In this document: one piece after another, positions 19,036 through 27,885 of the stretch
Numbering within the stretch: the stretch's first letter is position 1
Layout: each line of letters begins with the position of its first letter
Virus record (IMG/VR): IMGVR_UViG_3300031784_000002
Strand: one strand, 5' to 3'
Length of the DNA: 64,000 nt
Origin: a virus
Taxonomy: Duplodnaviria; Caudoviricetes
Notes under the pieces: model-generated
Seen by the model: only the letters and a program-made list of their open reading frames with translations
The model's database searches: none
What the model was told of the DNA's origin: nothing
Translations under genes and position numbers: made by a program

Positions 19036-19473
19036 ATGTTACTCGCAAAGTACAACACGGCTAACATTGACAAATTTTTAAATGATATTGAAAAATATAG
19101 TATTGGAATGGATGAGTGGTTTAATCGATTTGGGACCGCACATGAGTCCTATCACAACTACCCACCATACAATTTGATTAAGGAGAGTGAGACGGAGTTC
19201 CGTTTAGAGATCGCTCTTGCAGGATACAAAAAGGAAGATTTTGAAGTTTTCACTGAATGGAATAAACTCTTCGTTGAAGCGAAGAAGTCGGAAACTTCTG
19301 ATGTAGGGGAATATCTTCACAATGGTCTTGCAAAGAGGGCTTTTACAAGAACCTGGACACTATCTGACGATGTTAAAGTCTCTGATGTCAAGTTTGAGGA
19401 TGGTCTACTCCATGTCAAACTAAATAGGATTATCCCTGAGCATCAGAAACGAAAGGTGTATGAAATCCTTTAA
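19036..19473 (+). CDS. hsp20: Small heat shock protein Hsp20 (IbpA-like)
   Basis: NYPPYNLIK, FRLEIALAG, YLHNGLAKRAF and FEDGLL motifs. Confidence 0.93.
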   Translation: MLLAKYNTANIDKFLNDIEKYSIGMDEWFNRFGTAHESYHNYPPYNLIKESETEFRLEIALAGYKKEDFEVFTEWNKLFVEAKKSETSDVGEYLHNGLAKRAFTRTWTLSDDVKVSDVKFEDGLLHVKLNRIIPEHQKRKVYEIL

Positions 19474-19648
19474 GCAGTTCTTAGAACAAGTCGGAAACAT
19501 TAAACAGATTTCTTACCCTGCTGCCGTTAGGCATAAAATCTACAATCCGTTGACTGGAAAATCAAAAGTAGTCCCTGCAGGAAAAGCTGTGCCTAAGAAT
19601 CCAGGCGGGGGTGGATCTGGTAATTCCGCAGATGGTGATGGAGCCTAA
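19460..19648 (+). CDS. Small protein with a T4 capsid-targeting-like N-terminus (MKSFKQFLEQ)
   Basis: 62-aa ORF. TAAATA at 19421-19426 lies inside hsp20. Confidence 0.6.
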   Translation: MKSFKQFLEQVGNIKQISYPAAVRHKIYNPLTGKSKVVPAGKAVPKNPGGGGSGNSADGDGA

Positions 19649-19679
19649 ATAATACGGGCTACCAAATATCGTCGTCGCT

Positions 19680-19721
19680 GGGGTTCAACTGGCAAAATCC
19701 AGTTGACACCCCCCTTTTTTT
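19680..19721 (+). terminator. Rho-independent terminator overlapping a sigma70 promoter
   Basis: GGGGTTCAACTGG-caaaat-CCAGTTGACACCCC plus a T7 run. TTGACA (19703), N17, TATCGT (19726). Confidence 0.7.
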
Positions 19722-19752
19722 GTGTTATCGTATTAGGAGGTATGGAGTAGTT

Positions 19753-20163
19753 ATGGCTATTAAATTGGCCCTTTTAAAATCGGGTGAAACTGTAATTGCA
19801 GATATTATGGAGTTGGTGGATGAAAACGAAAAGGTAGTTTCCTTAGTTTTTTCAAGTCCTTTCAATGTACGACTATTAACTCCAGAATTGTTGATGGAAA
19901 ATAGTACTGGAGTACAAGGCGAAGTTGAACATAGAGTCTCATTTTATCCATGGATAGTTTTATCTGAAGATAAAAAGATTGCAGTTGATCCTACGTGGGT
20001 AGTTAGTGTAGTAAATCCGCATGAATGGATTCGGACTTCCTATGAAGAAAAAATGAATTCAAACACAGAAGAAGTTCAAACAAAAGACCTAGAAGAATCA
20101 AATAATACAGAAACTTTGATTGAAAATTTTGAAGTAATTCAGGAAGAAAACGATGGAGAGTGA
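19753..20163 (+). CDS. Conserved Sm-like hypothetical protein
   Basis: MAIKLALLKSGETVIADI...FYPWIVLS pattern with an AGGAGG-like SD upstream. Confidence 0.7.
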   Translation: MAIKLALLKSGETVIADIMELVDENEKVVSLVFSSPFNVRLLTPELLMENSTGVQGEVEHRVSFYPWIVLSEDKKIAVDPTWVVSVVNPHEWIRTSYEEKMNSNTEEVQTKDLEESNNTETLIENFEVIQEENDGE

Positions 20164-20410
20164 AGTTCAAGTCATTGTTCTAGTTAGTGGAACAATAATT
20201 ATTTCAAGAATTGCTGCAGTTGTATCTGAACTTGGGGAACCGGATTGTAAGCTTATTAATCCATATCAAATAATGGATGGTAAACTTATTCCATGGCTGG
20301 ATGAGTTGACTGATTCAACTGATGCAATTATGATCTCTTCAGACAAAATTTTAACTTTGGTTGATCCCAAAGATACTCTACTTAATGATTATTTGACTCT
20401 TATTAAATGA
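20153..20410 (+). CDS. Conserved hypothetical protein upstream of gp43
   Basis: ELGEPDCKLINPY...SSDKILTLVDP pattern. Confidence 0.7.
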   Translation: MESEVQVIVLVSGTIIISRIAAVVSELGEPDCKLINPYQIMDGKLIPWLDELTDSTDAIMISSDKILTLVDPKDTLLNDYLTLIK

Positions 20411-22905
20411 AGTTTTACACGAATGTCTTTCAACTAGGTAATGATATCCTTGTCCGAGGTTATGAAAATGGAAAACATTTTACAAACAGGGAAGAGTTTT
20501 ATCCCACGTTTTACGTCCCATCAAAGAAAGAAAGTAAATACAAAACCCTTGATGGAGTAAATGTCGAACCTATTCGTCCTGGCACCATTCGAGATTGCAG
20601 AGATTTTCTGGAAAAATATGAAGGTGTAAATGGATTTAGGGTCTATGGGAATGATCGGTTCATCTATCAATATATTGGGGAAAAGTATCCAGAGGATGAG
20701 ATTAAGTTTGATATCAACAAGATCAAACTTGTAACAATTGACATTGAGGTTGCTGCGGAAAGTGGATTTCCAGATGTATTCAATTGTGCAGAAGAACTTC
20801 TTTTGGTTACAGTTCAGGATTATAACACTAAACAGATCACTACCTTTGGTTCTCGTCCTGCACAAGTTTCCCAAGAAAATGTGAAATACATTTATTGTAA
20901 AGATGAGTATGCACTCATCAATACTTTCATGGATTGGTGGCAAAACAATACTCCAGAAGTAGTGACTGGATGGAACTGTGAACTCTATGATATTCCATAT
21001 TTGATCGGCCGTATTAGCCGACTTATGGGAGAGAAAGTTGCTAAAAGATTTTCTCCTTGGAATATTGTAAAGGTAAAAGAAGTTCAAATTTCTGGTCGTA
21101 AACAATTGAGTTGTGAGATTGCAGGCGTTTCTATTATTGACTATCTTGATCTTTATAAGAAATCTCCTGCAACTCCAAACCAAGAAAGTTACCGACTAGA
21201 TCATATTGCCTTCATGGAGTTGTCTCAAAATAAGTTGGATCACTCCGAATATGATACTTTCCGTGACTTCTATACCAATAATTGGCAGAAGTTTGTAGAG
21301 TACAACATCGTTGACGTAGAACTGGTAGACCGACTTGAGGATAAACTTAAGTTGATTGACCTCTGTTTCACCCGTGCATTTGACGCAAAGGTGAACTTTA
21401 ACGATATTGCATATCAAGTTCGCACTTGGGACGCAATCATTTATAACTATCTTCTTAAGAAGAATATTGTGATCCCTCAAAAAGAACGCAATACTAAAGA
21501 TGAAAAGTATGCAGGTGCATATGTAAAAGAACCTATTCCAGGTTCTTATGATTGGGTAGTTAACTTTGACCTTAACTCCCTGTATCCGCATTTGATTATG
21601 CAATATAACATCAGCCCCGAAACTCTTCTTGATAATCGTCACCCCAATGTGACAGTTGATAAGGTATTGAAAAAGGAACTGACTTTTGAGATGTATAAGG
21701 ACTATGCGGTATGTGCCAATGGTGCAATGTATCGCAAAGATATTCGTGGGTTTCTCCCAGAACTCATGGAAAAAATGTACAATGAACGAGTCATCTTTAA
21801 AAAGAAGATGATTGAGGCGAAGAAGGCCTATGAGAAGACTCCGACTAAAGAATTGGAGAAGGAGATCTCTCGTTGCGATAATATCCAAATGGCTAAAAAG
21901 ATTGCACTTAACTCTGCTTATGGTGCAATCGGTAATGAATACTTCCGTTACTACAAACTTGCAAATGCAGAAGCGATTACTCTGTCTGGTCAAGTAGCCA
22001 TTCAATGGATTGAAGAGAAGATGAACTCTTACATGAATAAGGTTCTCAAAACTGAGGAAGTTGATTATGTCATTGCTATGGATACTGACTCCATTTATAT
22101 TAATATGGGTCCTTTTGTTGACGCTGTATTCAAGGGGAGAGAGAAAACTACTGATGAAATTGTCAATTTCCTTGATAAGGTGTGTAACTTGGAACTTGAA
22201 AAGTATATTGAAGGTTCTTACCAAGAATTGGCCGACTACTTGAATGCTTATGACCAGAAGATGTACATGAAACGTGAGAACATTGCGGAACGTGGTATTT
22301 GGACTGGTAAGAAGCGTTATATCCTTCGTGTGTGGGACTCCGAGGGTGTTCGATACAAGGAACCAAAACTTAAGATGATGGGTATTGAAGCCATCAAAAC
22401 ATCTACTCCTGCACCTTGTCGTAAAATGATTAAGGATGCAATCCAAATCATTATGACTAAAGATGAGGATGATGTGATTGAGTTTATTGAGAATTGTCGT
22501 AAGGAATTCAAATCACTGAAACCAGAAGAGATTGCATTTCCTAGAAGTGTATCTGAAATTAATAAGTGGATGTCTAGAACAACCCTTTATAATAAAGGAG
22601 TTCCAATTCATGTACGAGGTGTGATTTTATATAATCATCATACCAAACTCCAAAACTTGGATAAGAAATATCCTCCTATTCAGAGTGGGGAGAAAATTAA
22701 ATTTGTGTATCTTAAGATTCCGAATTCTATTCAAGAAAATGTATTTTCCTTTATTCAAGATTTTCCTAGGGAGTTGGGTTTGGAGAAATATGTAGATTAT
22801 GACACTCAATTTGATAAATCTTTTGTTGAACCATTGAGAATTATTCTTGATTCTATTGGATGGTCAGTTGAGAAGACAATTAGTTTGGAGAGTTTCTTTT
22901 CATGA
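20407..22905 (+). CDS. gp43: Family B DNA polymerase gp43
   Basis: Exonuclease motifs DIEV and GWNC.LYDIPY. Polymerase motifs FDLNSLYP, KIALNSAYG and DTDS. Length of 832 aa indicates no intein. Confidence 0.97.
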   Translation: MKFYTNVFQLGNDILVRGYENGKHFTNREEFYPTFYVPSKKESKYKTLDGVNVEPIRPGTIRDCRDFLEKYEGVNGFRVYGNDRFIYQYIGEKYPEDEIKFDINKIKLVTIDIEVAAESGFPDVFNCAEELLLVTVQDYNTKQITTFGSRPAQVSQENVKYIYCKDEYALINTFMDWWQNNTPEVVTGWNCELYDIPYLIGRISRLMGEKVAKRFSPWNIVKVKEVQISGRKQLSCEIAGVSIIDYLDLYKKSPATPNQESYRLDHIAFMELSQNKLDHSEYDTFRDFYTNNWQKFVEYNIVDVELVDRLEDKLKLIDLCFTRAFDAKVNFNDIAYQVRTWDAIIYNYLLKKNIVIPQKERNTKDEKYAGAYVKEPIPGSYDWVVNFDLNSLYPHLIMQYNISPETLLDNRHPNVTVDKVLKKELTFEMYKDYAVCANGAMYRKDIRGFLPELMEKMYNERVIFKKKMIEAKKAYEKTPTKELEKEISRCDNIQMAKKIALNSAYGAIGNEYFRYYKLANAEAITLSGQVAIQWIEEKMNSYMNKVLKTEEVDYVIAMDTDSIYINMGPFVDAVFKGREKTTDEIVNFLDKVCNLELEKYIEGSYQELADYLNAYDQKMYMKRENIAERGIWTGKKRYILRVWDSEGVRYKEPKLKMMGIEAIKTSTPAPCRKMIKDAIQIIMTKDEDDVIEFIENCRKEFKSLKPEEIAFPRSVSEINKWMSRTTLYNKGVPIHVRGVILYNHHTKLQNLDKKYPPIQSGEKIKFVYLKIPNSIQENVFSFIQDFPRELGLEKYVDYDTQFDKSFVEPLRIILDSIGWSVEKTISLESFFS

Positions 22906-23063
22906 GTAAATATGTGGTGGTTTGGGCTGAACCTGGAGAATTATCTCCAGTCAAAAACAGGAAGATGTTTGATTCACCATCCACCGCATATTGGTTTGCA
23001 AATGAGCTAAAAAAGAAGTATAATTGGGTTATCTGCACTGAGTCAAAAAATTTAGAGGAGTAA
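22902..23063 (+). CDS. Small hypothetical protein (53 aa, MSKYVVVWAEPG...)
   Basis: Manual translation. ATGA overlap with the gp43 stop. Confidence 0.55.
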   Translation: MSKYVVVWAEPGELSPVKNRKMFDSPSTAYWFANELKKKYNWVICTESKNLEE

Positions 23064-23064
23064 T

Positions 23065-23229
23065 ATGGATTTGCCTATTAATGACCAAGAATTAAATACA
23101 ATTATCAGTGCTATGGCTCTTGGTGGAGATACTGCATTATTTCAAAAACTAAAACTTGTAAAGGAACTCCGAGAACAAGGACTTCCATATAAAAAAATCT
23201 TACGTGAAGAATACGGGATGGTGGCTTGA
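23065..23229 (+). CDS. Small hypothetical protein (54 aa, [10 protein letters not shown]...)
   Basis: Manual translation. GAGGAG SD; the stop overlaps the uvsX start. Confidence 0.65.
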   Translation: MDLPINDQELNTIISAMALGGDTALFQKLKLVKELREQGLPYKKILREEYGMVA

Positions 23230-24230
23230 TGGACTTTTTAAAAGATATTGTAAAAGAAATTGGTGGGGAATATACCAAACTTGCTTCAGATATAGACGAG
23301 ACCGAGAGTTATGTGGATACGGGTTCATACATTTTTAACGCACTGGTTTCAGGTTCTATATTTGGCGGTGTATCTGGGAATAAGATTACTGCTATTGCTG
23401 GAGAGTCTTCTACTGGAAAAACTTTCTTCTCTCTCGCTGTGGTTAAGAATTTTCTTGATACTAACCCCGATGGTTATTGTCTCTACTTTGATACTGAAGC
23501 TGCTATTACCAAATCTCTCGTAGAATCTCGTGGAATTGATACTACTCGTCTTGTTGTTGTTAATGTTGTTACAGTGGAGGAGTTCCGTGGTAAGGCGCTC
23601 AAAGCGGTAGACCTATACTTAAAAAAACCCGAATCAGAACGCAAACCCTGTATGTTTGTGTTGGACTCTTTGGGTATGCTTTCAACTGAGAAAGAAATTA
23701 CTGATGCTCTGAATGACAAACAAGTTCGTGATATGACCAAATCACAACTGATTAAAGGTGCATTCCGTATGCTTACTCTTAAGTTGGGTCAAGCGCAAAT
23801 TCCAATGATTGTAACCAATCACACTTATGATGTCATCGGTGCTTACGTTCCTACTAAGGAAATGGGTGGTGGTAGTGGACTTAAGTATGCGGCTTCTACT
23901 ATTATTCATCTTTCTAAGAAAAAAGAAAAAGATGGAACGGATGTTATTGGAAACATTATTAAATGCAAAACTGCTAAGTCTCGTTTAAGTAAGGAGAATC
24001 AACAAGTTGAAGTTCGTTTGTATTACGATGAGCGTGGTCTTGATCGTTATTACGGTCTTCTTGAACTCGGTGAGATTGGCGGACTTTGGAAAAATGTCGC
24101 AGGTAGATATGAAATTGATGGAAAGAAAATCTACGCAAAACAAATCCTCGCAAATCCAGAGGAATATTTCACTCCAGAAGTAATGCAGGCTTTAGATGAA
24201 ATTGCTCAGAAAGAGTTTTGTTATGGATGA
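23229..24230 (+). CDS. uvsX: UvsX RecA-like recombinase
   Basis: GESSTGKT P-loop, FVLDSLG, NHTY and [12 protein letters not shown] motifs. Confidence 0.95.
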   Translation: MDFLKDIVKEIGGEYTKLASDIDETESYVDTGSYIFNALVSGSIFGGVSGNKITAIAGESSTGKTFFSLAVVKNFLDTNPDGYCLYFDTEAAITKSLVESRGIDTTRLVVVNVVTVEEFRGKALKAVDLYLKKPESERKPCMFVLDSLGMLSTEKEITDALNDKQVRDMTKSQLIKGAFRMLTLKLGQAQIPMIVTNHTYDVIGAYVPTKEMGGGSGLKYAASTIIHLSKKKEKDGTDVIGNIIKCKTAKSRLSKENQQVEVRLYYDERGLDRYYGLLELGEIGGLWKNVAGRYEIDGKKIYAKQILANPEEYFTPEVMQALDEIAQKEFCYG

Positions 24231-24762
24231 TTTTATCAAGATCTATGATAATGTTCTTCCCCAAGAAACATGTCAGATCTTGATCAATCTCTTTGACCTG
24301 AGTGGATATAAGGAGATTGTCAATAACAAAGGAACTCCAAACTTTACACAATTAAATATCAATCAAAAACATCCAGATAGTGTCAAACAACTATCTCAAG
24401 TTACTATGAGTGTACTGAGCCTTTACAAAAAAGAGTTCTCAGACTACACTAGATGGTATCCACCACGACTCTTCTTAGAAGAGTTTCGTATTAAGAAGTA
24501 TCATTCTAGGAGTCATGATAGATTTGATATTCATGTTGATGTTGAAGATCATGCCTCTTCAAGAAGGTATCTAGCTTTCTTGTATTATCTAAATGATGAT
24601 TTCACTGGTGGTGAAACTGAGTTTCCTCATCACAATAAAAAGATTGTTCCTAAACAAGGATCAGTCATGGTGTTTCCTCCAACTTGGCAGTATCCTCATG
24701 CGGGATTGCGAGTCAATAAAGGAGTAAAGTATATTATGTCCACTTATTGTCACTATTACTAA
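24223..24762 (+). CDS. 2OG-Fe(II) oxygenase (prolyl 4-hydroxylase-like)
   Basis: HVD...[11 protein letters not shown]...GGETEF...[11 protein letters not shown]...KY motifs. Confidence 0.88.
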   Translation: MDDFIKIYDNVLPQETCQILINLFDLSGYKEIVNNKGTPNFTQLNINQKHPDSVKQLSQVTMSVLSLYKKEFSDYTRWYPPRLFLEEFRIKKYHSRSHDRFDIHVDVEDHASSRRYLAFLYYLNDDFTGGETEFPHHNKKIVPKQGSVMVFPPTWQYPHAGLRVNKGVKYIMSTYCHYY

Positions 24763-26144
24763 TGGAACGGGTTGAAACTACTATTCTTAGGAGTCTTGCA
24801 TTCAATGAAGAATATTCTAGAAAGGTTCTACCTTTTATCCGAACTGAATATTTCACTGACTACACTGAGAAAGTAGTTTTTGAAGAGATCTGTCAGTTTA
24901 TTTTTAAGTACAATAAACTTCCTACTCAAGAGATTCTCAAAGTTGAAGTAGATAATCGTACAGATTTGAATGAGAATTCTTATAAAGAACTTGTAGAGTA
25001 TATTGCAAATCTTGATAATTCTCAACTAGATACATCTTGGTTGTGTGATACTACTGAAAAATGGTGTCGTGATAAAGCCATTTATTTGGCATTGATGGAA
25101 TCTATTGCCATTGTCGATGGTAAGGATTCTAAGAAGACCAAAGATGCAATTCCATCCATCCTCTCTGATGCACTTGCAGTCAGTTTTGATACGAATGTAG
25201 GTCACGATTATCTTCACGACTATGAAGAACGATACGAATTCTACCATCAGACTGAGGAAAAAATTCCTTTCGATCTGGAGTTCTTCAACAAGATTACAAA
25301 GGGTGGACTTCCTAATAAAACTCTCAACATTGCTCTTGCAGGCACTGGTGTTGGTAAGTCTCTATTCATGTGCCATTTTGCTGCTTCTGTTCTTCTCAGG
25401 GGTAAAAATGTACTCTATATTACTATGGAGATGGCTGAAGAAAGAATTGCAGAAAGGATTGATGCAAATCTTTTGAATGTCAATATTCAGGAGATCACAA
25501 ATCTTCCCCGTAAAATGTTTGAAACTAAAGTTTCTAATATTGCAAAGAAGACACAAGGAACTCTTATAATTAAAGAGTATCCCACTGCATCAGCGCATAG
25601 TGGCCACTTCAAGTCACTTCTTAATGAACTTGCACTTAAGAAGTCATTTAAGCCTGATATTATTTTCATTGACTACCTTAATATTTGTGCTTCCTCTCGG
25701 TATAAGGGAAACCTTTCTGTCAATTCTTATTCATATATCAAAGCTATTGCTGAGGAACTTAGGGGACTCGCCGTTGAGTTTAACCTCCCGATTGTCTCCG
25801 CTACTCAGACCACTCGTTCAGGTTATGGTTCTTCTGATGTTGAACTTACTGATACTTCTGAGTCCTTTGGTCTCCCTGCTACTGCTGATCTTATGTTTGC
25901 CCTTATTGGCACTGAAGAGCTCGAGGAGTTGGGACAGATCATGGTAAAACAATTGAAAAATCGTTATAATGACCCTACCATCAATAAAAGGTTCGTTGTT
26001 GGTATTGATCGTGCAAAAATGAGACTCTATGATTGTGAACAGAGTGCTCAAGCTGACATACTTGACTCTGGACAAGAAGAAGAGTATACTTATGAAGAAA
26101 AGAAAACTGGACCTAAAAAATCATTCGAGGGATTTAAATTCTGA
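24762..26144 (+). CDS. gp41: Replicative helicase gp41
   Basis: AGTGVGKS, ITMEMAEE, IDYLN, ATQTTRSG, SESFGLPATAD and QLKNRY motifs. Confidence 0.96.
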   Translation: MERVETTILRSLAFNEEYSRKVLPFIRTEYFTDYTEKVVFEEICQFIFKYNKLPTQEILKVEVDNRTDLNENSYKELVEYIANLDNSQLDTSWLCDTTEKWCRDKAIYLALMESIAIVDGKDSKKTKDAIPSILSDALAVSFDTNVGHDYLHDYEERYEFYHQTEEKIPFDLEFFNKITKGGLPNKTLNIALAGTGVGKSLFMCHFAASVLLRGKNVLYITMEMAEERIAERIDANLLNVNIQEITNLPRKMFETKVSNIAKKTQGTLIIKEYPTASAHSGHFKSLLNELALKKSFKPDIIFIDYLNICASSRYKGNLSVNSYSYIKAIAEELRGLAVEFNLPIVSATQTTRSGYGSSDVELTDTSESFGLPATADLMFALIGTEELEELGQIMVKQLKNRYNDPTINKRFVVGIDRAKMRLYDCEQSAQADILDSGQEEEYTYEEKKTGPKKSFEGFKF

Positions 26145-26554
26145 TGACTAAAAATATTGACTTTAACAAGTACACCCAATTTGTAGATGCAGTAACTTCT
26201 GAAGCATCTACTGATTTCCTTGCTCTTTCAAATCGTCTAGTAGAACTTGATGAAAAGGGTGCCAATATTGAACGACTTCTTACTGCTGGTGTTGGCATCA
26301 ACGCTGAGGGTGGTGAGTTTCTTGAGATCATCAAGAAAATGATCTTTCAAGGTAAGCCATGGAATGCAGTTAACAAAGAACACCTGATTATTGAACTTGG
26401 TGATATTATGTGGTATGTTGCACAAGCTTGTATGGCACTTGGAGTTACCATTGATGAAGTGGTTGCAGGAAATGTAACTAAACTTGAAAAACGTTATCCT
26501 GGTGGATCTTTTGATGTTTATTATTCCGAAAATCGTGCGGAGGATGATCTGTGA
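26144..26554 (+). CDS. mazG: MazG-like nucleoside triphosphate pyrophosphohydrolase
   Basis: EGGEFLEIIKK...ELGDIMWY...NVTKLEKRYP. Confidence 0.9.
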   Translation: MTKNIDFNKYTQFVDAVTSEASTDFLALSNRLVELDEKGANIERLLTAGVGINAEGGEFLEIIKKMIFQGKPWNAVNKEHLIIELGDIMWYVAQACMALGVTIDEVVAGNVTKLEKRYPGGSFDVYYSENRAEDDL

Positions 26555-26730
26555 GTACTAAAGTAATTCTTGAAATGAGTCTTGAAGAAGCTGGTATAGT
26601 TCTTATGACTCTAGTTGATTCTCAAAAAGGTTATACTAATGGACCTGCAATTCCTGAACGTATTTTTAATCTTCGTGAAGTGATTGTAAATCTAGATTCT
26701 GCAATGGAAGATGCAGTAAAAACCAAATAA
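26551..26730 (+). CDS. Small hypothetical protein (59 aa)
   Basis: Manual translation from a GTG overlapping the mazG stop, with a GGAGG SD. Confidence 0.5.
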   Translation: MSTKVILEMSLEEAGIVLMTLVDSQKGYTNGPAIPERIFNLREVIVNLDSAMEDAVKTK

Positions 26731-26736
26731 TAAATG

Positions 26737-26768
26737 ACCCTTCCATAAATATTTGGAAGGGTTTTTTT
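26737..26768 (+). terminator. Terminator hairpin whose loop carries a late-promoter core
   Basis: ACCCTTCCA-TAAATATT-TGGAAGGGT plus a T-run. ATAAATA at 26745-26751. Confidence 0.75.
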
Positions 26769-26774
26769 GTACCT

Positions 26775-27845
26775 ATGGCAAAGTTAAATGAAGGAGATGT
26801 GATGGAGGGCGTTTTTGCCATCTGTCTTGCAGAACTATTTGCAAATGGTACGATTAACAAAGCTAATGTTAACAAGTGGAGAAGACAGATTGATCCTGGT
26901 ATTTTCAGGAATGGTAGATCAGAGATTGTAGTTAGAGAATTTAAAGACGGTCGCCCACAAGATCAAATTAAAGTCACCTTGATTATTAGATTAAAATATG
27001 AATCTACAAATATGGCATTTGGTGCAAACTATGCACCTCTTTATGAGAAAAGTGCAGATGTGGGAAATATTGATAGAAAAATTGATAACTTAATTACTTT
27101 TACTAAAACACATTATCAAGACCTTATTCGCAGAACAAAGGATAGTTACTTAAAAAATAATAAATCAGATAAAGTTGATATTCTTATTAACGCTGATGGT
27201 ATTGCTGGAGAATCTTCTGGTGGAGATATAAAAGGTGACTTGGAAGTTGTCGTAACTATGAATGGCCAAAAACAACTTGATAGAACATTAAATTTCTCTT
27301 TGAAATCCGGAAGTAAAACATTGGCCAACCTAAGTCCATTTAATGGAATGATGGATATCGTAAGAAGATTTGGGGTCACACTTCCAAATGAAACTAAGTA
27401 TCGAAAAGTATTAGGCGAACAACTTGCACAAGCCAGAACTCCTTTAGAAAAGAAATTAAAAGTAGATACTATTAAAGAATTATATAAAGAGACTTTAGAA
27501 GCCCTTGAAGACGCTTCGAGAAGTTCTTCTTTTAAAGATCAAGCATTTGAATTATTTAAATCAATGACCTTTGGCTCCGATCTTGCTAATGTTGTTGACA
27601 TTGATAAATCAAAAATAAAAGAAATAACCGTAGATTATATAAACGAACTTCAGAAAAATACAACATCAATAGATGTACAAAAAAGTGGAGACAATTTAAA
27701 ATTTAAAGTAGTTCCTGGAAATAAAGAACTATTTCAATTGAGATTTAAAAAAAGAGTTGCTGGAAGTGGAGAAGATTTCCAAATTAAAGAATTAAAATTC
27801 TATGTTGAAGCTGGTCCTGCGGCTTATACACCAAAGGAAAAATAA
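26775..27845 (+). CDS. Hypothetical protein, possibly a PD-(D/E)xK-type nuclease
   Basis: N-terminal GD..EG.F helix and later GD...V and SLK motifs loosely fit a restriction-like fold. Confidence 0.5.
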   Translation: MAKLNEGDVMEGVFAICLAELFANGTINKANVNKWRRQIDPGIFRNGRSEIVVREFKDGRPQDQIKVTLIIRLKYESTNMAFGANYAPLYEKSADVGNIDRKIDNLITFTKTHYQDLIRRTKDSYLKNNKSDKVDILINADGIAGESSGGDIKGDLEVVVTMNGQKQLDRTLNFSLKSGSKTLANLSPFNGMMDIVRRFGVTLPNETKYRKVLGEQLAQARTPLEKKLKVDTIKELYKETLEALEDASRSSSFKDQAFELFKSMTFGSDLANVVDIDKSKIKEITVDYINELQKNTTSIDVQKSGDNLKFKVVPGNKELFQLRFKKRVAGSGEDFQIKELKFYVEAGPAAYTPKEK

Positions 27846-27851
27846 TAAATA
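27845..27851 (+). promoter_or_regulatory. Late promoter core ATAAATA
   Basis: T4-type gp55 promoter consensus, 34 nt before the ATG at 27886. Confidence 0.65.
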
Positions 27852-27885
27852 CCTTTATGGTTAAGGAATCCTAACTCGATTAATA

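Noticed and set aside
21196-22446. 416-aa minus-strand ORF (and 20521-21183)
   Set aside because: Antisense shadow of gp43 with no recognisable protein features.
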